Assembly (NCBI GenBank): GCA_964016885.1
Contig: OZ024740.1
Span: 33,356,001-33,420,000, forward strand
Direction: 5' to 3'
Length of the DNA stretch: 64,000 nt
Origin: Eledone cirrhosa
Taxonomy: Eukaryota
Positions 63,601 through 64,000 of the stretch are shown here, in pieces (within the stretch, counting starts at the first letter, position 1; the number at the start of each line of letters is the position of its first letter). The notes below the pieces were generated by a model. It did no database searches and was not told where the DNA came from. It worked only from the letters and a program-made list of their open reading frames with translations. Made by a program: the position numbers and the translations under genes.

Positions 63601-64000
63601 CCAGTAATACAGTAGGTTCTAACTGACCACTGAAACTGTTGAGATTTAGTTAACCAGTAATACAGTAGGTTCTGACCACTGAAACTGTTGAGATTTAGTT
63701 AACCAGTAATACAGTAGGTTCTAACTGACCACTGAAACTGTTGAGATTTAGTTAACCAGTAATACAGTAGGTTCTAACTGACCACTGAAACTGTTGAGAT
63801 TTAGTTAACCAGTAATACAGTAGGTTCTAACTGACCACTGAAACTGTTGAGATTTAGTTAACCAGTAATACAGTAGGTTCTAACTGACCACTGAAACTGT
63901 TGAGATTTAGTTAACCGGTAATACAGTAGGTTCTAACGGACCACTGAAACTTGAGATTTAGTTAACCAGTAATAGTAGGTTCTAACTGACCACTGAAACT
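54625..64000. repeat. 53-bp tandem satellite GTTAACCAGTAATACAGTAGGTTCTAACTGACCACTGAAACTGTTGAGATTTA, ~175 copies, runs off the window end; probably intronic to CAPN7
   Basis: Period read directly (TTTAG at 54781 and 54834). Highly homogeneous, with diverged first units at 54625-54730. Confidence 0.98.

Noticed and set aside
54625-64000. CRISPR array, coding repeat or miR-8/miR-200-related array (TAATAC motif)
   Set aside because: No spacers, the 53-bp period is not a multiple of 3 and has no ORFs, and the miRNA-seed resemblance is only a 6-nt partial match expected by chance.
1-64000. Telomeric repeats or rDNA
   Set aside because: No (TTAGGG)n arrays or rRNA-like sequence were seen.

Overview
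This is animal (eukaryotic) genomic DNA, probably from an octopus or other coleoid cephalopod; that assignment is an inference from the SINE/RTE repertoire and is not verified. Positions 1-~36,540 are an AT-rich 28-bp satellite (~1,300 copies) with kb-scale higher-order structure. Positions ~54,625-64,000 are a second, homogeneous 53-bp satellite. Between them, on the minus strand, lie the last six coding exons of a calpain-7 (CAPN7/PalB-like) gene, which the ORF track does not call. I reconstructed them by hand with GT-AG boundaries and compatible phases. The 53-bp array is therefore probably intronic, and the 28-bp array begins ~390 bp beyond the stop codon. The introns are filled with mobile DNA: two decayed RTE-clade LINEs whose RT region carries an in-frame PHD finger, RTE/CR1 fragments, two tRNA-derived SINE families (one forming a near-perfect inverted pair and sharing its tail with the RTE), a non-autonomous Helitron, TA-flanked MITEs and microsatellites. 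The most unusual signals are the PHD finger inside the RT and a covarying tandem-pseudoknot-plus-hairpin RNA module that recurs in the LINEs and SINEs.
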